Source: Guillardia theta CCMP2712
Taxonomy: Eukaryota > Protista > Cryptophyta
Direction of reading: 5' to 3'
NCBI RefSeq assembly: GCF_000315625.1
Contig: NW_005434523.1
Coordinates: 29,725 to 93,724, forward strand
DNA: 64,000 nucleotides
Below, piece after piece: positions 59,647-64,000 of this stretch; within the stretch, counting starts at the first letter, position 1; each line of letters starts with the position of its first letter. The notes beneath the pieces are model-generated. The model made no database searches. It worked only from the letters and a program-made list of their open reading frames with translations, and was not told where the DNA came from. The position numbers and the translations under genes are program-made.

Positions 59647-60560
59647 NNNNNNNNNNNNNNNNNNNNNNNNNNNNNNNNNNNNNNNNNNNNNNNNNNNNNN
59701 NNNNNNNNNNNNNNNNNNNNNNNNNNNNNNNNNNNNNNNNNNNNNNNNNNNNNNNNNNNNNNNNNNNNNNNNNNNNNNNNNNNNNNNNNNNNNNNNNNNN
59801 NNNNNNNNNNNNNNNNNNNNNNNNNNNNNNNNNNNNNNNNNNNNNNNNNNNNNNNNNNNNNNNNNNNNNNNNNNNNNNNNNNNNNNNNNNNNNNNNNNNN
59901 NNNNNNNNNNNNNNNNNNNNNNNNNNNNNNNNNNNNNNNNNNNNNNNNNNNNNNNNNNNNNNNNNNNNNNNNNNNNNNNNNNNNNNNNNNNNNNNNNNNN
60001 NNNNNNNNNNNNNNNNNNNNNNNNNNNNNNNNNNNNNNNNNGTTTCCTCAGTCTATGAGGACCATTCAGCTCCCGCAGTTGAGATTGCTTGTAAGTATCC
60101 TCCTCCTCCTCCTCCTCCTCCTCCTCCTCTTTTCTCCTCCTCCTCCTCCTCCTCCTCGTCGTCGTGGTCGTCGTCGTCTTCCTCCTACTCTTTCGTCCAC
60201 TTTCGCTTTCCGCCCTCCCGCCCTCCCGTCCTCGTCGTCCTTCTTCCCGCCCCTACCCTCCCCCCCCTCCCCCTCCCCCCTGCTTCCTCCTCTCTCATAC
60301 CACCACCACTATCACCTCCACCTCCTTCACTTCCTCACCTTCCTTTCTAACCTTCTTTTTCTCCTTCCTCTCCACCATCCCCTTCTCTTCCTCTCCAACA
60401 CTCCCACATTTCCTCTGATTTCACTCTGACAAGAAGCATCTCAACAGGCTTCATCTCAATCAGAATCATCGGAATGGGCGTTGGCCATCAACAACAACGT
60501 GATGAGTTTGGTCGAGTCAAGATCGTCATTGCCGAGCATAAACATCAAAGTCAACGATCA
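57736..60560 (+). CDS. Sec7-domain ARF guanine-nucleotide exchange factor with a PH domain (cytohesin-like), multi-exon; ends approximate
   Basis: Sec7 segments FKDNPKKAV...VGDYIGD, FDDALRKFLSAFRLPG|EAQKIERIMDAFA, LAYSVIMLNTDAHNP and MTKEQFVRNNRG. PH-like segments KAGWLLKKESG and NWKELWFILKDSCLYY. Confidence 0.88.
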
Positions 60561-61042
60561 AAGTGATGGATCATTGTTTGTTCCGATATCAGCCCTCTGA
60601 CATTGGTGTCAGCCCTGGATAACTCGAAACGATGGGACGTAACATCTCCAATAGGTTGTCAGTTGTTGTTGTTGATGATGATGATGATGATGTTCTTGTT
60701 CTTGTTCTTGTTCTTGTTCTTCTTGTTGATGATGATGATAAAGATGTCGATGGAGATGATGGTGATTATGGAGGAGGAGGAGGAGGTAATGATATTGATG
60801 ATGGAGATAATGATGATGACAATAATGACGAGGGCGACGTAGAAGATGATTGAGATGATGATCATGATCATGATTGAGATGATGATGATGTTTGATGGAG
60901 AAAACGTTGACAATACATCTTGTTCTGCTTATCATTTCTTGTATCGTCTGTTCACTCTTATAAAACCCTCACAATCGTGCAATCCAACCTGAAATCAACA
61001 AGTGACTTCAAGTCTTCTCCAGAGACAAACTGGAAGTCTGAA

Positions 61043-62856
61043 ATGTCTTCCTACGGCATCTTTCAATCGACCAGTCAAAGTAATTTCTTGGACTCTGAGC
61101 CGCCTCAAAACAACAGCATACAAGCCCATGGTGCGATCAACCCGTTCAACCTCCTTGCTCATACCGAAGGAGCGGGTGGGGGAGGCGCGGGAGCGGGGGC
61201 AAGAGGAGCAGGAGGAGCGGGAGCGGGAGCAGGAGGAGCGGGAGCGGGACAGTCGGAGGCAATCGGGACGGAGGCAAGAGCAACGATGATGAATGAGGGA
61301 GAATCAGGAGGGGGAGGGGAGGACAGTGCAGGAGGACAGTGGCAAGTCTTCTCATCGGATGAGGTCAGTGTGATGTGCGGAGGAGGAGAAGTAAGATTTG
61401 TTGTGCAGAGCATGAACGGAGAGCCTGGCAAGGAGAAAGAGGAGGAGAAGAGAACAGAGGAAGAGGATGGATCGATGACCAGCATGGACCTTGCTTCCCC
61501 TCTGTTGGAACATTCCCTGTCCGTGGGGATGAGATCAGAGGAAGAGGAGGTCCCAGCTCGGAAGGAGGAGAGAGGGAGGAGGGAGGAAGTAGACGCTCGG
61601 AAGGAACCAGTTGCATATCGGGCAGTGAGGTCGACGCGGAGGGAGGAGGAGCATATGATAGGTAAGTCAGGAGGAGATGGGAGGAGAGGTGGCGAGGANN
61701 NNNNNNNNNNNNNNNNNNNNNNNNNNNNNNNNNNNNNNNNNNNNNNNNNNNNNNNNNNNNNNNNNNNNNNNNNNNNNNNNNNNNNNNNNNNNNNNNNNNN
61801 NNNNNNNNNNNNNNNNNNNNNNNNNNNNNNNNNNNNNNNNNNNNNNNNNNNNNNNNNNNNNNNNNNNNNNNNNNNNNNNNNNNNNNNNNNNNNNNNNNNN
61901 NNNNNNNNNNNNNNNNNNNNNNNNNNNNNNNNNNNNNNNNNNNNNNNNNNNNNNNNNNNNNNNNNNNNNNNNNNNNNNNNNNNNNNNNNNNNNNNNNNNN
62001 NNNNNNNNNNNNNNNNNNNNNNNNNNNNNNNNNNNNNNNNNNNNNNNNNNNNNNNNNNNNNNNNNNNNNNNNNNNNNNNNNNNNNNNNNNNNNNNNNNNN
62101 NNNNNNNNNNNNNNNNNNNNNNNNNNNNNNNNNNNNNNNNNNNNNNNNNNNNNNNNNNNNNNNNNNNNNNNNNNNNNNNNNNNNNNNNNNNNNNNNNNNN
62201 NNNNNNNNNNNNNNNNNNNNNNNNNNNNNNNNNNNNNNNNNNNNNNNNNNNNNNNNNNNNNNNNNNNNNNNNNNNNNNNNNNNNNNNNNNNNNNNNNNNN
62301 NNNNNNNNNNNNNNNNNNNNNNNNNNNNNNNNNNNNNNNNNNNNNNNNGGGAGTAGGGAAGGAGCAAAGAGGAAATACATTGATTTCAAAGGATGACTCT
62401 TGCTCCAGCTCACAGCAGTTTACATGGCAATGGCGGGATTTACATTTGAACCGGATGAAGATTATAAGTAATGGAGATGGAGATGATGATGATAACGATG
62501 ATGATGATGATGACGACGACGACTATTGTGATGATAATATGATGATGGAGATGATGATGATGATGATATGATATGATATGATGAAGATGATGACGACGAC
62601 AACGATGCAGTGTACCGACATGATAGCGATGACGATGATGATACGATGAACTCACAAATTCATCACTTTTGTCATTTGTTTTCTCTGACCGCATGCATGA
62701 CATGTTCTTGTTCTGAAAATCTCCTTACGTTGATCTCATGGCAGAGATCGAGTCGTCTGCAATGACTGCGGGTTGTCTGTTGGAGCCTGGGAGATCGAAG
62801 ATGACCCGATGTCTGTTTTCCTTTTCCTCCTCCTTTCCCCCCTTGCTCCTGCTCCA

Positions 62857-62895
<39 letters not shown>

Positions 62896-63395
62896 GCTGC
62901 TCCTGCTCCTGCTCCCTGCTCCTCTTCCTCCTGCTCCTCTTCCTCCTGCTCCTCTTCCTCCTGCTCCTCTTCCTCCTGCTCACCTTGCTCCTGACCCTCC
63001 TCCTCTTTCCCCCTGCTCCCGCTCCTGCTCTTCACTCCCTCTCCTCCCTCTCCTCCTTCTCCTCCCTCTCCTCCCTCCTCGTTCTGCTGTGTATCACTCT
63101 GTATTTCACACAGGCAAGCTCATGTCGAGTTTGTCTCGGATGGCTCGGGATCGCTCAGCTGCCCAGTAATCCAAAGTTTGGATGGCAACTACAAGGTACT
63201 CCTCCTCCTGCTCCTCCTCCTGCTCCTCCTCCTCCTCCTCTTCCTTGTCCTCCTCTTGCTCTGCTGTTCCTTCTGCTGCTCCGCTTGCCTCCTCCCCTCC
63301 TCGATTTCTGCTTCTGCATCCTGCTCTTGTTCTTTCCTTCCTCCTCCCTCCCACCCCTCTCCCAACATTCTGCGGTTTCTCCAGCTACAGCTCCA

Positions 63396-63433
<38 letters not shown>

Positions 63434-63540
63434 CCCTGTTGCTTCACCCCTTCCTCCTCCCTCTCCCCTTCTGAAACCTTCGACCAGGCACTGAGATCCG
63501 GAGACATTCGATTGAGAATAATTCAACACCAGGATGGGTA
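61043..63540 (+). CDS. Probable multi-exon gene of unknown function (spans the gap at 61699-62348)
   Basis: There is a long open frame at 60920-61698, and short complex blocks bounded by AG/GT sit between microsatellite tracts. No recognisable domain. Confidence 0.35.
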
Positions 63541-63599
63541 AGTTAATCTCCTACTGTCCCTTCCCTCCTCCTCTTTCCCTCTTCTCCCTGTCTCTAGAG

Positions 63600-63615
63600 C
63601 CGCTGCTCCTGCTCT

Positions 63616-63706
<91 letters not shown>

Positions 63707-64000
63707 CCTGCTCCTTCCCGTTGTGCTTCACCTCCTGCTCCTGCTACACCTCCTTCTTCGGCTTCTGCCCTTTAGCTCTGCCCTTGTTTCATCGTCTTTT
63801 CCCCTTTCTTCTCCTCTGTTCAAAGCTGATTGTTTGTCGGACAGAAGTGAATCGATGGAAGAAATGTGAACCATTGTTACTTGCGATGCTACAAACCTGA
63901 CTTCTCCTCTCCTCTCCTTTCCTCCCCTCCCCTCTCCTCTCCTCTCCTCTCCTCTCCTCTCCTCTCCTCTCCTCTCCTCTCCTCTCCTCTCCTCTCCTCT
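63600..64000. repeat. (CTCCTG)n and (CTCTC)n microsatellites
   Basis: Visible directly in the sequence. Confidence 0.9.

Noticed and set aside
59507-62413. Long ORFs running through N gaps
   Set aside because: Their length is an artefact of unknown bases.

Overview
Eukaryotic nuclear DNA with short GT-AG introns and abundant microsatellites; the style suggests a protist such as a cryptophyte, but that is unverified inference. The flanks carry ordinary intron-containing genes. On the left are an SDE2/SF3A3-type SAP-like-domain gene, a DHX34-like DEAH helicase, an SLC35D-type nucleotide-sugar transporter and a SET-domain protein. On the right is a Sec7+PH ARF-GEF. The central ~45 kb (11-56 kb) is a rearranged accessory island holding TEN copies of one uncharacterised two-exon gene. 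Each copy encodes an almost invariant ~175-aa domain that by eye resembles an RFX/D5-primase-type winged helix, then a basic patch and a shuffled acidic tail. The same island contains about 30 copies of a ~20-bp motif, GTCACGTTACCATCGGCATC, whose core is one mismatch from the RFX X-box consensus. The motif lies 180-400 bp upstream of most copies and in dense co-oriented clusters, often fused to TGAGTCAGCA. I did not see it in the flanking housekeeping genes. The leading hypothesis is an amplified, self-targeting DNA-binding-protein/cognate-site system. The island also holds a ~16-kb quasi-palindrome, a 2.19-kb tandem duplication, minisatellites, a copia remnant, an integrase-less degenerate chromovirus, and a gag-less chromovirus pol ORF flanked by INVERTED LTR-containing repeats.
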